Part shown: piece after piece, positions 24,001 through 37,315 of the stretch
Numbering within the stretch: the first letter of the stretch is position 1
How the letters are laid out: each line of letters begins with the position of its first letter
Assembly: GCF_963921235.1 (NCBI RefSeq)
Contig: NC_086118.1
Span: 22,880,001-22,940,000, forward strand
DNA from: Mobula hypostoma
Lineage: Eukaryota
Reading direction: 5' to 3'
Length of the DNA stretch: 60,000 bases
Notes under the pieces: model-generated
Seen by the model: the letters and a program-made list of their open reading frames with translations, nothing else
Told to the model about the DNA's origin: nothing
Databases searched by the model: none
Program-made: the position numbers and the translations under genes

Positions 24001-25998
24001 TTTTCATAGTGGTGTTACTCGTGTGGTGAATTAGGAGGGAAATAGCATCTGAATTTGAAAAACTGTCCTTTAACTGCTGCTTAAATTTACTGTAATTAAA
24101 AGAACCATTCATGCAGACAATTGTTGTTAATGTGTTAACTTAGAAATATAACAGGTTCAAATGCTCCATTATCAAAAGAACTAATTATTACAGTTGTACA
24201 TACTAGTCCTTCTATTAACAACATATCTAACCTATACATCTTATTGAATTGTTCCGCCTGTGTTAAGTTTATGTTATGTAATTCCAGATAGCTCCAGTCT
24301 TTCAATTATGTTCTGCAGCTGTGATTTTACCACTGTCATGCAAGTAAGTTTTTCAACTGTGACAAGAATCACAAGTAAGAAATGTGACAATCAAAACATA
24401 GTAAGAAGAACATGCAATTGCAAGATATATCAAAAGATAGAAAATCAGGAAAGTGAAAAAAATTGATGGAAGGTAAAGATAAAAGATCTTCTGCACTCCA
24501 TCTATGAGAAGGAAATACAAACTATAGTGGTTATTTGATTTTGGAAAATCTGTGCTCAGTGTGAACCTGGGACTAAAGCGAGTCAGGGAGGTCTGACCCA
24601 TAGCTTTCTCACTCCTGGCTGCTTTAACCAGCCTCTATCCAGATCCCTTTGTTCCAGCCTGCTTAAGCTGCAAATCCACTGGCTTCCCTGTGTCTCTGAC
24701 AGCCCGAGGGTTATGTTCCCTCAGAAGGAACACCTGCTGGACGACAAGACAGCTCTGTGCCACTTTGCCCTCTCGTTCTACAAAGCAGCCCAGCCAAGTA
24801 ATGAAACTCATCAAATGTGTAACTGGCGCATTAGAGAATCAGACATTAGGGAATCAGACTCACAACCACAGGGTTGTGAAGTGAATATCTTAACCTTTCG
24901 AAAGCTGTCATTTTCTGGTATCATGAACTGGAAACCGACTACAGGTTTCCTCCGCATTTTCTGTTAATCTTGGTGTTTCTACCACCCACCATAACCCCCA
25001 TGGTCACATTATTGACTTGTTTTCTTTTCACTCTACTAACCCACAGCGTCCTTTCTCCTCTTTCCCTTTTATTTTCTTTAAAGCTTTACTCCGTGTATGT
25101 TTGCACATCAGATTTTCAGATGACTCACGCAGACAATTAACCTGCTCGATCAGCTTGGAATTATACGTAGGATGAGGCTACATTTTTATCAAAATGATAT
25201 TATTCTCCTAGTTTTCCCCTTTCATCACCATGGATGTCCTCTAGTTCTGTAAACCGGGAGACCACTCCCCTGTTGTGAATGCTGGCAGTTTATTCCTCCT
25301 GTGGAAAAAGAATCACAGGCAAAGCTGATCTTGTGTTTATTAAAATTCACATATGTGCATTTTTCAGGCAGTGGCTGTTAGTGAGATGGAGCAGAAATTC
25401 CAGCTTGCTTACAGTAATCCTTTTCATCTGGTGACACTGTGGTCCACCCCAGAGCCCTGACTCATTCGCTGGCTGAGGCCCACAAACCAGACACAACCAT
25501 AGAACATTTTATGCTCAGAATTATATGTAAATAACAAGCGAACTGTATCATGGTGGCATACTGCAGGTGGCATATTACGGTGACTCATTTACTGCTTTAT
25601 CAGTCTTTTCCTCAGCAGTCATTTAGACTGCTACCAAATCTGGGCAATCTTCCTCCTGTGTATGCTCACTTTCAATGCAACTAGAAGCATCCAAGTGCGG
25701 GACATATTCTCTTTTCTCTTTGTACTGAAATTAGCAAGTGTGGATCTAAGTGCATTTACAATTTGAAAATGGAAAAAGATTTATCTCTCAGTAACGCACT
25801 CTAAAGAAGCCGTGGATTTGCTCGCTGATCCAAGTCACATTAAGACATAAAAGTTACTTACCATAGCAAAATTGCTCAAAGTACAGACTATTTGGTGCAT
25901 TCCAACCCAAGGTTTCCTTAGATCTGAAGGTTCTCCTGTTTCAGATTATTTTAATTCTATTACTTAACACACGACCTCCAACAGAACCACAACTATGT

Positions 25999-26348
25999 CG
26001 TAGGGGATGGAGGCTTGTGTGCCTCAATGACTCAGAGAGCAATGTTGGCTGGAGTCAGGGCTATGTTTTGGCTCTTTGTAGGGTCACCCATGCCAAACAA
26101 GTCAAAGGGTAGAGGCCAGACTTGGAGTGGTCCACCGGTCTTTCCCATTCAGAGGTTCAGCTCAGGGCTAAGAAACTTGAATGGTAAAACAAAATTGTTA
26201 CAGAAACAGCAATGAGGAATCTTTCTACATCTGAGAAAACCAAGAGGAAGCTACTGACATGATGAAGGAAGCCCTGAGCACTACCAGAGACAGGGGACCT
26301 CCATTGCTGCCCTATACAGCAGCAGTGTCAATGGCAGACAGACAGACT
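25999..26348 (+). mobile_element. RTE-derived bipartite non-autonomous element (5'UTR joined to 3' end)
   Basis: gtagggtcacccatgccaaacaagtcaaagggtagaggccagac resembles RTE 5'UTRs; (caga)n tail. Confidence 0.55.
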
Positions 26349-27169
26349 TAACACACGTCAGACATGGTTCAACATTTTCGCTACCTTTTCTGTTCTCTTA
26401 CTTACAATTGCCTTAATTGGTTCCAATAAAAACTACATACAGTAGTTCACAATGTAAAGTGTAACAGATACTAACATAGCATTAAATATAACATGATTGT
26501 CCAAATTCTGTTTATTAACCTAATAAAACAATATTACCTTGTCCTGCTTTCAGTATTGAAGTGCACCTGAATGCTTCATAGTCCTACAAGTTAAAACAAC
26601 CTGTGCTGACTAGGCTTTGACAAAATTTAGCCATGGAACAATAAGTTGCTAGTAATATTCATACCATAAGGGTCCCAGGCCACAATCAGCTCCTAAAACC
26701 ACCTGTACTTGGCATTCAATGGCATTTCCATCATCATCATCACCATTGGCCAAAATCTCAGCTGCACCAGGTACATACATACTGTGTTTGCAAGATCACA
26801 TCAAAGGCTTGGTTTCTGACTGCATCACCTGCTGATATCCCAATGACTTTTCACCATCTGTAAGTCTCAAGTCAAGAATACAGTGGAACACTCATCAGTT
26901 CCCCAGATCTATGTTGTTCAAACAGCATTCAAAAAGCATCCAAGACAAGGCTGGCCACTTGACTGTCACCCCACCACTCATTCATTTCAGATACACTGCC
27001 AAACTGATCGTATCTCCCAAGCTCATAACCACAGCAACAAGGGCAGCAGACTCATGAGAAATCCACCAACCACAAGTTCTACTACAAGACACAACAATCC
27101 AGATTTGGAAATACATCCCCAGTCTCTGTGTCTACATTTTGGAATTCCCAATGCAGTGAGTAAATTCAG

Positions 27170-27752
27170 AAATCAGAGGTGCAAGAGGACTTGAGAGTCC
27201 TTGTGCAGGATTCCCTAAGGCTGAGTCGGTGGTAAGGAAGGCAAATACAATGATAACAATCATTTTGAGAAGACTAGAATATAAAAGCAAGGATGTAATG
27301 CTGAGGCATTGGTCACATCACCGTTGGAAAATTGTGAGCAGTTTTAGCTTTTTTATCTAAGAAAGGATATGCTGACATTGGAGAGGATCCAGAGGAGGTT
27401 CACAAGTTTTATCCTGGAAATGAAAAGGATTAATGTATGACGAGTGTTTGCTGGCTCTGAGCCTGTACTTCCTGGAGTTTAGTAAAATTAACATGGTTTG
27501 CATTCCATCCTGTAGAATATTGAAAGGCTCAGATAGAGTGAATCCAGAGAGGATGTTCCCAATAGTGGGTGAGTCTAGGACCAGGGAGAACAGCCTCAGA
27601 ATAAAGAGATATCCATTTAGAACAGAGATTAGGAGGAATTTCTTCAGCCAGAAGGTGCGGAGTCTGTGGAATTCATTGCCAAAGATAGATGTGGGCGCCA
27701 AGTCATTGGGTATATTTAAAGCAGAGGTTGATAGGTTCTTAATTAGTCAGGG
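27170..27752 (+). mobile_element. CR1 LINE 3' fragment
   Basis: 'ILKGSDRVNPERMFPIVGESRTRENSLRIKRYPFRTEIRRNFFSQ'. Confidence 0.9.
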
Positions 27753-28125
27753 CATCATTATGTGCCTTATCTTATGACATAGGTGATCATGGTTCCATGA
27801 CCATGATTGTTCCTGGCAAATTATTCAACAGAAGTCATTTGCCATTGACTTCTTCTGGGCAGTGCCTTTACAAGATGGGTGACCCCAGCCATTATCAATA
27901 CTATTCAGAGCCCGACTGCTTGTTGTCAGTGGTGCACAACCAGGACTTGTGATATGTACCAGCAGCTCATATGACTATCCACCACCTGCTCTCATGGCTT
28001 CACATAACCCTGATTGGGGGCGTAAGTAGGTGCTCCACCTTGCCCAAGGATGACCTGCAGGCTAGCGGAGGAAAGGAGTGCCTTATACTTCCTTTGGTAG
28101 AGACGTATCTCCACCCCGCCACCCA
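27753..28125 (-). mobile_element. RTE-tailed SINE-like element, copy 2
   Basis: Reverse-complement homolog of 22555-22925. Confidence 0.7.
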
Positions 28126-28304
28126 GATCAGTTACATATTGTGTTGAAACCTTCCCTTTTGAGAGTTGCTCTGCAGATGGAATTAATTATCACTTGAAAT
28201 AATACTGGTTTACAAATCTAATTAATCTTCTGTAAGATGTTTTCAGCTTTCAAGCATCTTCCTGCCAAACAGGAGCAGAGAAAAATGCTTGCCTTCACAG
28301 GCCA

Positions 28305-28440
28305 TAGACACAAGGGATTCTGCAGATGCTGGAAATCCAAAGTGACACATACAAAATGCTGACAGGAACTCAGCAGGTCAGGCAGCATCCATGGAATTGA
28401 ATAAACTGTCAGCATTTCAGGCCGAGAGTCTTCATCAGTA
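28305..28440 (-). repeat. Penelope-derived repeat with hammerhead core
   Basis: Reverse complement taCTGATGAagactctcggcctGAAAtgctgac. Confidence 0.7.
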
Positions 28441-28469
28441 TGATTGATTTCACAGGCCGAGGCCTTGAG

Positions 28470-28980
28470 TGCGAGAGATTGTATTTCACGTTTCAGCTGC
28501 ACTTACAACATAGCTTAGGCTGCAGTTGGAATATATATATTGTCACTCTACAGCAGGGGTTCCAAGCAGTGGTCCGTGAGCCCCTTGGTTATTGGTAGGG
28601 GTCGATGACATAAAGTGTTGGGACCCCTGCTCTGCAGGAAGGGAGTGGTATCAGTAGAAAGAGTGCAGAAGATATTCACCAGGACATTGCTTGGAATGGT
28701 GGGTTTTATTTATAAGGATAGATTGGATGGGGTGAATTTATTCTCAGGAAAATTTTGAAGAGTGAGAATCTTTTTCCTCAGATGGGTGAGTCTAGAACTC
28801 GAGGACAATGGTTTATAGTGAGAGTGGAGAAATTTAAAGCAGATCTGAAAGGCAAGTTTTTCACACAGATGGAGGTGATTATATGAAATAAGCTAGAACA
28901 TTGGTAGAGGCAAATTTAATTACTACATTTAAAAGGCATCTGGACAGGGATAGGAAAGGAGCAGAGGGATATAGGAACCA
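28470..28980 (+). mobile_element. Degenerate CR1 3' fragment hosting a MITE
   Basis: gagtgcagaagatattcaccagga...tctagaactcgaggaca...aagtttttcacacag similar to other CR1 copies. Confidence 0.7.
28554..28629. mobile_element. hAT-Charlie-like MITE (~76 bp)
   Basis: TIRs caggggttcc/ggacccctg; 8-bp TSD ctctacag/ctctgcag. Confidence 0.8.
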
Positions 28981-28986
28981 AATTAT

Positions 28987-29105
28987 AAACACAAGAGGTT
29001 CTGCAGATGCTGGAAATCCAGAGAAACACACATAAAATTCTGGAGAAACTCAGCAGTTTAGGCAGCATCTATAGAGAATCCTATCAGGCTGAGACCCTTC
29101 TGTTC
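28987..29105 (-). repeat. Penelope-derived repeat
   Basis: tctgcagatgctggaaatcc...aactcagcag..ggcagcatc...gagacccttc. Confidence 0.65.
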
Positions 29106-30899
29106 TATGATTACTGTGGATAGTCATCGCAGCTGGCATGGGTGAGTTGGACTCCATGACTAAAATTCTAATGGGCTCCATTAACAGTATATTTGCCTCT
29201 GCGATAAAGTGCACCCATTGGAAATTTGAGCACAAGAATGTGAACAGATTTTCCAGTGCAACATTGAAGATTAATGATTCCTCAGAATGTTAAACTGAGG
29301 ACCTGAATAGCTTCATGACTCAAAGAAAGGACAACAGAGGGAGAAGAACATCTTTAACCTCCTGGCCGCAAACCACATCTCAGCCAACATCAAAAAACAA
29401 TTTTGCCCAGAAATTCCAGTGGATGTGTTGAATCATTATGATCATTCTCCCATCTTGTCAAAATTCAGTAGCCCAAGGTCTCAGTCACAAGTTGTGCAGA
29501 TACTGCACTCTTTCTCAAAGCCAGACACAAGAGGTTAGGCTTAGATCTCAAAGAAACTTACTGGAGGACATGATTATGAGATTGTATCTCAGCTATTTCC
29601 TGGGACATCAATGCTGGGGAGTGATCTAACCAGCACTTTGTGGTCAGGAGGAAGGGACTGGAGGCAAGAGTTTTGGTTGGTGTGATTGGGACCAGACTGC
29701 CTGGAATGTTCTGACATGTTAATAAATGAGAAACTGGGCCACCAATCAGTCCTGCCAAGCAGGCTGGGCTACAAGCTGTGAACTTAGCCTCAGACAATCC
29801 ATCCCAAGGCATATCTTTCCCTGCTCTGCCCAGGTAGCCTTTCGAAGGCTAACTCTGCACAAAAAGCTTGATAACTACTTTTAAATAAAGTCCAAAATAA
29901 CTGTGTCAAATTACTTCATTTTCAAAAGTTATTAAAAATAAGGAAAATTCTTAAATTGTCTTGGCCTATTTAGGAGCTACTTAAGCTCTTAGTAAAATTA
30001 AGGAAAGACAAGCATCGTGGACTTGGATTTTTTCTCAAGGTCAATGATCCCTATAGAAGTGAATAGAGAACGTACTTATGACATGGTAAGCTGTAAGTTG
30101 TAGGTCTAGCAGCACAGCAGATGTTCTGCTGCTCTACCATCTGAGTTCCAGCTTATCTCCAGCTTCCATGCTGAGTTGTTCATTAAGGAGGACATCAGTG
30201 GCAGTACGAAGAATGACTTTTGGACCAGCAAATAATGGGAATGTCACATTGCAGCAAGTATTCTAATCTACTATATAATTTCTCATTACAAAATTTTGCA
30301 ATGCAGATATCTGATTGGATCAGCAACCATCTGCATTTTGTAGCTGATTTCACATTACACAAGATTGCTTTCAGAAATGATTCATCTAAGATATTTATTG
30401 GAAATGAGGGCAATAAATTGCCTGGAAACTCAAAATAAGAAGAATGACTTTCTTACTGTCTGCTTTACTGAGGCAACTGCACAATTAGTTTCAAATTATC
30501 TTTTTCTGAATCTGTCCTCAAGCATGTAATTTACAGTCGGAACAATGGTCAGGATTGATTTGTGAAGTAACATTACTACACTTAAATGTAGATTTTACCA
30601 AAGTGGACACAGACGTCCATAATATGAAAGATAGCCGTTAAAATGAATGAAATGTTTAACCTTATGAAGCACTTAAATCTGACATTAGTATTTTTTTCTT
30701 CTTCAGTGGAACACCTCTTTATTACTGTTCCTGATACAATAGATATGTTTATAGTCATTTTACTCCATGAAGCACCTTATTCTATCAGATGCTTTGGGAA
30801 GACAATGTAGGAAAGAGGATCTGCTGCATTTATTACAGTGGACATTTATGTAACTATACATCACCGATTCATGCATTATTAATGGCTCTGTCTGTCTAA

Positions 30900-31268
30900 G
30901 TAGACAGTAGATTTGCCCCTCGGGGCGCAGACTTGGGCGATGAATATGGAGATCCTCGGCTGCCTGGACATCAAGATCCCCCTCTCGGCCTCACGGATGT
31001 GGTCCAAAGGAACGCGAAGCAGTACATTTGGCTCAGCTTGGCTGCAGGAGCTGCCGGGAGGTGACATGATACGTCATCCAACCGCCTTAGGGGCTCCACT
31101 CCGGAATTATGTAGGGTTTACTCCTTAGCCTTCTCTTCTCCCGTAGATACCCACAAGGCAGTGGGATCCGTAACCCTGGACAGGGGCCCATCCCGGCTAC
31201 TGTCAGCCGGAGCCAGCTGAGCCCGGGACTCGTGGAAGGCAGGGTCGTCACGCCCTGTAGTAGTGACA
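30900..31268 (-). mobile_element. GC-rich retroelement 5'UTR-like fragment (HERO/RTE-type)
   Basis: CpG-rich island in AT-rich flanks; part aligns by eye with the 3' body of SINE 2664-2978. Confidence 0.45.
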
Positions 31269-32379
31269 TATGGAGCCTCTACCCACTACCTGAGATTCAC
31301 GCATTATGGTTGGTGCAAAGGGATTGCAAGATAGGAATTATTTTGGGGTTTGAAACTTATTTCTTCCTCTTCATATGTTAAGCAACTTTGAGTATAATTT
31401 TGTGTCTGTCATTTCAGGCATCCAAGATTTATAATCAATTGTTCTCTCATTTTGCCTGGAAAATCCAGTAACTTCCAACGTTAGCATCTGAGAAGCTTTA
31501 GAATAGAAAGTTTGCTGAAAATAGTTTCAGTGCCAGGTTAAGATGATTCTATTTCAGTGCTCTTATGGTTTTGGATGGGCTCCTGTTCTCACTAGCACAG
31601 TAATGTCTGCTTATTTCACTGGAAATATTTTTATCTTTGCTTTGAAGAAAGGCATTTTTCGCGCTTTTCATGAGAGTGAGGCTACAGCAAGAGGTTTTAG
31701 TGCTAACATTCTCCGGGACACAATCCAAAATTTCTAAATAGGGGGATTTGAGTTGGGGTTTGATCCATAAGTAGATCCAAACTCTGTAGATTGATTCATT
31801 TGTGAATCAATGAGAAGTGAGTCTTAGGAACAGTGGGGGGTCCTGCAGTTTACTCTAAACCTGAATTGCCATTTGGAAAATAAATCTATGATATACACTT
31901 TTTTCAGTCTTAGAAATAACATGTTAAATGCAATAGAATTTTATAATTATGCTGCACCTCAGTATACAAAAAAATTAAGATACTACCTTATTGCATGGAA
32001 TATTTGATTCTAATAGCTGTGTTCTGTACTCTAAATTACCAATCATTTAATTTTTGGAAAAAGTGAAATAAAAGAATTAATGAACTTCAAGCTCAGTATC
32101 ATAAACTGTTGGCTCAAATGCGAAATGCAGTCAAGATCCAATGCTTCAGAACAGGTTCTAAACCTGGGAGACGTCTCAGGTTAAATTCAATGAAAATCCA
32201 TGTTCTAATTATAACATACATAATGTTAATTTGCTTCAAGAATTGTTGTTTATGTTATTGATAGACTGTTTCTGTTTGAAGAAAGAGAGATCTCTGTAAA
32301 AGCCCCCTCAAAGTCATTCTAAGAAAACAGCTTAGCTTAATATACAGTTATATACATATATATGTGTGTGTCTGTGTAT

Positions 32380-32775
32380 AAAAGTTAAATTAAATAGGTA
32401 GTGCAAAAGTAGTGAGGTTAGTGTTCATGCGTTCATTGTCCATTCAGGAATCTGATTGCAGAGGGGAAGATGCTGTTCCTGAATTGTTGAGTGTGTGCCT
32501 TCGGGCTTCTGTACCTCGCTCCTGGTGGTAGCAATGAGAAGAGGGCATGTCCTGAAGGATGGAGGTCTTTAAAGATGGATGCCAACTTCCTGAGGCATCG
32601 CTCCTTGATGACGTTCTGGATGCTGGGAAGGCTAGTGCCCATGATAGAGCTGACTGATGTTACAACTTCCTGCAGCTTTTTCTGATCTCCCTGTGCAGCC
32701 CCCATCCCCATACCAGATGGCGACGCAGCCAGTTGGAATGGTCTGTAGAAATTTGCCAGCGTCTTTGGTGACATG
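32380..32775 (-). mobile_element. Rex1-like LINE 3' fragment
   Basis: 'MSPKTLANFYR...HALFSLLPPGARYRSPKAHTQQFRNSIFPSAIRFLN'. Confidence 0.85.
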
Positions 32776-33335
32776 CAATAATTATAGGAACAGGCTATTC
32801 AGCCCACATTGTCCATGTTAACTATGGTGTCAATAAATACTAATTCTTTACCTGTTTATATGTCTATCAAAATGCCTCCTAAACCTTGAATCACTTTCTA
32901 CCACTTCCCCTAGCATTGTGTCCCAGAAAACCAGCACTCTCTGAGTAAAAGAACCTCGCCTTGCACACTGATGTGGTAAGGAAACTATTGGAGAAGATTT
33001 GCTGAGCTATAATTCCCTGTCCTATTGCTCTTTTTAAACAAGGGAATACCATTGGCTATCCTGCAGTGTTTTGAGACTCACCAGTGTCTGAAGTGGATAT
33101 AAAGATCTCTTTTAAAGCTGCAGCAGTCTCCTTCAATGTTCTAGGATAGATTCTGTGAGGCCCTGGGAATGATTCACCTGAATGTTTTGCAATATAAATG
33201 ACTCTTACTCCTTCCTAATATTGAAATGTCCTAGAAAAACACCACACCTCTCCCTAATCTCACCAGCATTTATGTCCTCCTCCTTAGTGAATACCAAGGA
33301 AAAGTGCTCATTACAGACCTCACCCATTTCATCTG
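32776..33335 (-). mobile_element. Decayed CR1 fragments
   Basis: CR1-like 3' tail and tctgtgaggccctggg (PGPD-like) remnants. Confidence 0.5.
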
Positions 33336-34029
33336 GCTCTGTAATAATGCCTGGGATTCTCCTTAATACAACCTATCATAACCCAGATTTCCGTACAACA
33401 TAGGAGGCCAATCAAAGCAGTGCAGCTGTTAGATCAATTGCTCCAATCATACTCTCCCACTTATGTTCCTGTAAATTATCATCTCTCACGAACACACCAA
33501 CCTCTCCCCTGATTGTTTTCCCACCCACCTACTCCTGAGGCAACTTGCAGTAGTTTTTTGATACGAGGACATCTTTGCGGTGTGGGGGATGCTAGAGCAT
33601 CCGGCGTGTGGGGGGTTGGGGGGGCACGGGAGGAGCTTTTCTGTCGTAGAGAGAATGGGGAAATTATATACAGATGTATCTGGAGGATTGTACTTGGGCC
33701 AATGGAACTGTGCAGTAGTAGCATTATCTGCTGCATCACTGGCCGCCCTCAGCAAATTCTGAAAAGAAAGGGGTGGTGAGTAGGTTCTCTGACTTCATCT
33801 GAGACTGGGGAATGAGGTGAATGAGTAGAGAAATTACATTAACTTGCAGGCACATGGATGAAGATGTAACAGCCATATTCAGCAGATCACAAGTGAACTT
33901 CCTGGACATTCCTGCTTCTTCTCATCTTGAGCAGGGTCCACTCTCATTTCAAATCTTGCTGCTGAACGGCATCCATTGGAAAAGAATCAAGTGAATCCCC
34001 AACATTCAGTCCCAAGGTACATAATGTCT

Positions 34030-34318
34030 GCATGTTCTGTGCATGGAGTTTGCATCTTCTCTACATGACTGTGTAAAATTCTTCTAGGTGCTCTGGGATT
34101 GTTATGCAGCACAAAGAATTGCTTTTGGGTTAATTGGTTTCTGTCAATTACCCTTAGAGCAGGTTAATGGGAAAAGGACTCAAAGGGTTGATAAGTATGC
34201 TTGAGAGGGAATATGCTGCAGAAATGCAAGGAAATAAGGAGAGAGCAATCTAGACTCTTAAAATTGCTCCCTTGGGTACCAGCATGGAACCAATGGGCTG
34301 AATGGCCTCCTTCTTTGT
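34030..34318 (+). mobile_element. V-SINE (HE1-like) with CR1-type tail
   Basis: tctgtgcatggagtttgcatcttctc...gggttaattgg...gggctgaatggcctccttct. Confidence 0.6.
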
Positions 34319-34320
34319 CA

Positions 34321-34976
34321 TTAGATTATGAGGATACTCATTCTTCATTTATTGTCATTTGGAAATGCATGCATTAAAAAATGATACAACGTTCCTCCAG
34401 AATGATATCACAAGGAAACACAGGACAATCCAAGACTAAAACTGCCAAAACCACATAATTATAACATATAGTTACAACAGTGCAAAACAATACCATAATT
34501 TGATAAAGAGCAGACCATGGGCACGGTAAAGAAAAAAGTCTCAAAGTCCCGATAGACTCATCATCCTACACAGGCGGCAGAAGGGAGGAACTCATCGCCA
34601 CGAACCTCCAAGCACTGCCAACTCGCTGATGCAGCACCATTGGAAGCACCCGACCGCAGCAGACTCTGAGTCCGTCCGAAAACTTCGAGCCTCCGACACC
34701 GAGCACCGAGCACCATCCTCTGCTGAGCGCTTCGATCCTGCCCTGGCTGCTGAGCAACAAGCAAAGCTGAGGACTCGGGGCCTTCCCCTCCGGAGATTCT
34801 GGACCACACAGTAGCAGCAGCAGCAAAGCGGGTATTTCAGAAGTTTCACCAGATATTCCTCCGTGCTCTCACGTCCGTCTCCACCAAATCAGGATTGTGC
34901 ACTGCACCCTACTTGACAAATAACAGACATCACCACCGGAGTGGCCGCTGCGAGCTGCGTTGCACCGCCATCTTCC
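34321..34976 (-). mobile_element. ~680 bp non-coding retroposon, copy 3
   Basis: Reverse-complement homolog of 5053-5737; flanked by cattagatta / catcagatta. Confidence 0.85.
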
Positions 34977-36719
34977 CATCAGATTACCGACATAAGTGAG
35001 CATCTGTCGGAACAGGTATGTGGTTAGGAGCGAGTGCCACATGAAGTCTGATGATGATTAAGATCTTTGCCCCTCCAAATCCGCCTCAGACTCATTTCCT
35101 TTCCCTGAGCAGCGAAGTATCCTAACTGCACACCAGGCTCCCAATGGGATATTACCACCAAGGCAAATGCTCACGCCCTGCGTGTCAGAAAAGCTTTTGA
35201 CTGAAGGCGCGAGAACTTTGCTCGATAAATAGTCAAGATGTCCACACAGAACGGGGAGATCTCATGCTCCCCACAGTTACTCTCAGAATTATGCCTCCAC
35301 TTTGAAACTTCTGAATAGTATTATGTCATCTAGCCTCCAAGCAAGGTCAGTAATCATCCTAGTAGTAAAGAGGGAGAGAAATTCAAATAAAATATGCTGG
35401 AAGATCTGAGTGGGTTACAACATGAGTGAAATAAATTAATCCTTAACTTCATAGTACTTCAGCCCAAATTCAGCACATGAGAAATGTTTTATCTTCATAT
35501 AGTCTAGCAAGTCTCTCTATGTTGAATATGTACCTGCTCCCAGCGGCAAGGTCTGAAAAGTGAATTCATCCCTGAAACAACTTCCGGGGCAGTGGGGATC
35601 CTGTATTTCTCCATTACCTGTCCCAGAAAGCATATGGGCATTCTTAGCTAGAACATCAGCAGGCACCGAGCTCAGCCACTAGTCTCCAACATGCACAACA
35701 CCAAGCATGAGTCAAGCTGACTAACAAAATCCACTGGGAGTGCAGTAGAGACAAGGAGTGGGCAGAACAGTATGCATTGTTGCCATTACTACCCAGAGAA
35801 AGGACTTGGTGAGCAATGAATCTAATAATCCTGCCTATGCAATTTAACCCTCTTTGTCCTTTGAGTTACTAGTTCATTATTCAAGATGATGGACAATATT
35901 TATTGTGAAGCTGACCCCACTCTATCATCATACAGCAGTTAATTTTAGAATGCGCTAATAAATTAAAAATTAGCTACATGCTAACAAATTCCACTGTAAA
36001 TGGACATCTCATGTTTATTACAGAAGCTTTGAGTATATAAGTAGCTTTTAGCATGAAATAATTATGCACCTGCTTAATTCATTTTGCTGTTTGCAGGATT
36101 TACTTGTAGTGCAGTTCAAAGAGCTTAGTTTCACATCATTCTTTTCAAACAGCCCCAGAATATTTAGTGACTGGTAATGTTTGAAATTCACTGAGCTTTC
36201 AAATTTTATATTTGAAACACGGGTCTGCTCTCTCCTTCAAAGGATCGCTTCCCCTTGTGTTCTGTTGGATGTGTGGCTTAGTTTCTCTCTCGATATTTCA
36301 AAACCGTTCTTGCTCATTATTGGTAAGTGCTCATTCAGAGCCTCGACTGCTCCTGTACATTAGAGTTCTGAGCAGGGTTTGGAAGTGCCAGCCTTATGGG
36401 ATTATAGAGGGACCAATCAGTCCATCATGCCTCACTTAAGGTGAGCTTCTTAGATAAATCACATTTTCTAACCCTTGGTTAGTAGTTTTTTAACACATGC
36501 TTATCTAGGATCTTTCTGCCACCTCTACAGAGATCCTGTCTTTCCTCACACCACCCCACACCCATGGTCGATTGATTTTTCTCCCTCAAATCAGAAGTAA
36601 TCCATTCACCTATTATTTTAAATCTGCATCCTCAGCCTGGACACTCGGAAATCAATTATTCTTCTCAGAGAAAGACTAGTTCAGCTTGTCACAGGTCTGG
36701 TTCTGCCTTGTCCTCCAGT

Positions 36720-36805
36720 GTTGTCTGTGAAGGGTTCCGGCCCGAAACATCGACTCATCGTTTCTGTCTGATGCTGCCCGACCCGCTGAGTTCATCCAGC
36801 GTACT
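36720..36805 (+). repeat. Penelope-derived repeat with hammerhead motif (one core base lost)
   Basis: gtCTG-TGAagggttccggcccGAAAcatcgac. Confidence 0.7.
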
Positions 36806-36812
36806 GAAAGTG

Positions 36813-37040
36813 CTGTCTGTGTGGAGGGTGCATGTAGTCCCTGCATGGGACTCCCCCAGACAACCTGATTTCCTCCCACATCCCCAAGACATGTGGATTG
36901 GAAGGTTAATTTGCCTTTAGAGCGTAGGTGGTGGGGGTAGCCAGCTGATCAGGATGTAGGGAGAATAGATTACAAGGACAAGCAGTAGTAAACAGGTTAT
37001 TTCTCTGATCTGACGTTGACTAATGAGCCAAAACAAGCCT
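36813..37040 (+). mobile_element. Degenerate V-SINE
   Basis: tttcctcccacatccccaagacatgtggattggaaggttaatt. Confidence 0.6.
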
Positions 37041-37315
37041 TTATATGCCCTATGGAAACATAGATATTGATCTATCCAATTTACCCTATCTAGTCCTTGC
37101 CATTATTAGAGGTTTGACTCGAGCTAAAGGTTCTTCAGCATTTGACAGGAACAAGTGATTATGTCTCACTTGTTCTTGTCACTTCTACTTCCTAGTTTTG
37201 TTCTGTTTTGATTACCTGCAATTGTTTACGAATTATTATTTTGCTTGATGATAACCTCAATTGTTCTTTGATTTTATTTTTGCATTGGTGGATATTTTCA
37301 ATAAGCTGAATATCA

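Noticed and set aside
31185..31258. Possible HDV-like ribozyme on the minus strand (cct-tccacg-ag...ccc-gg)
   Set aside because: L3-like motif present but I could not build full P1 and P3 helices
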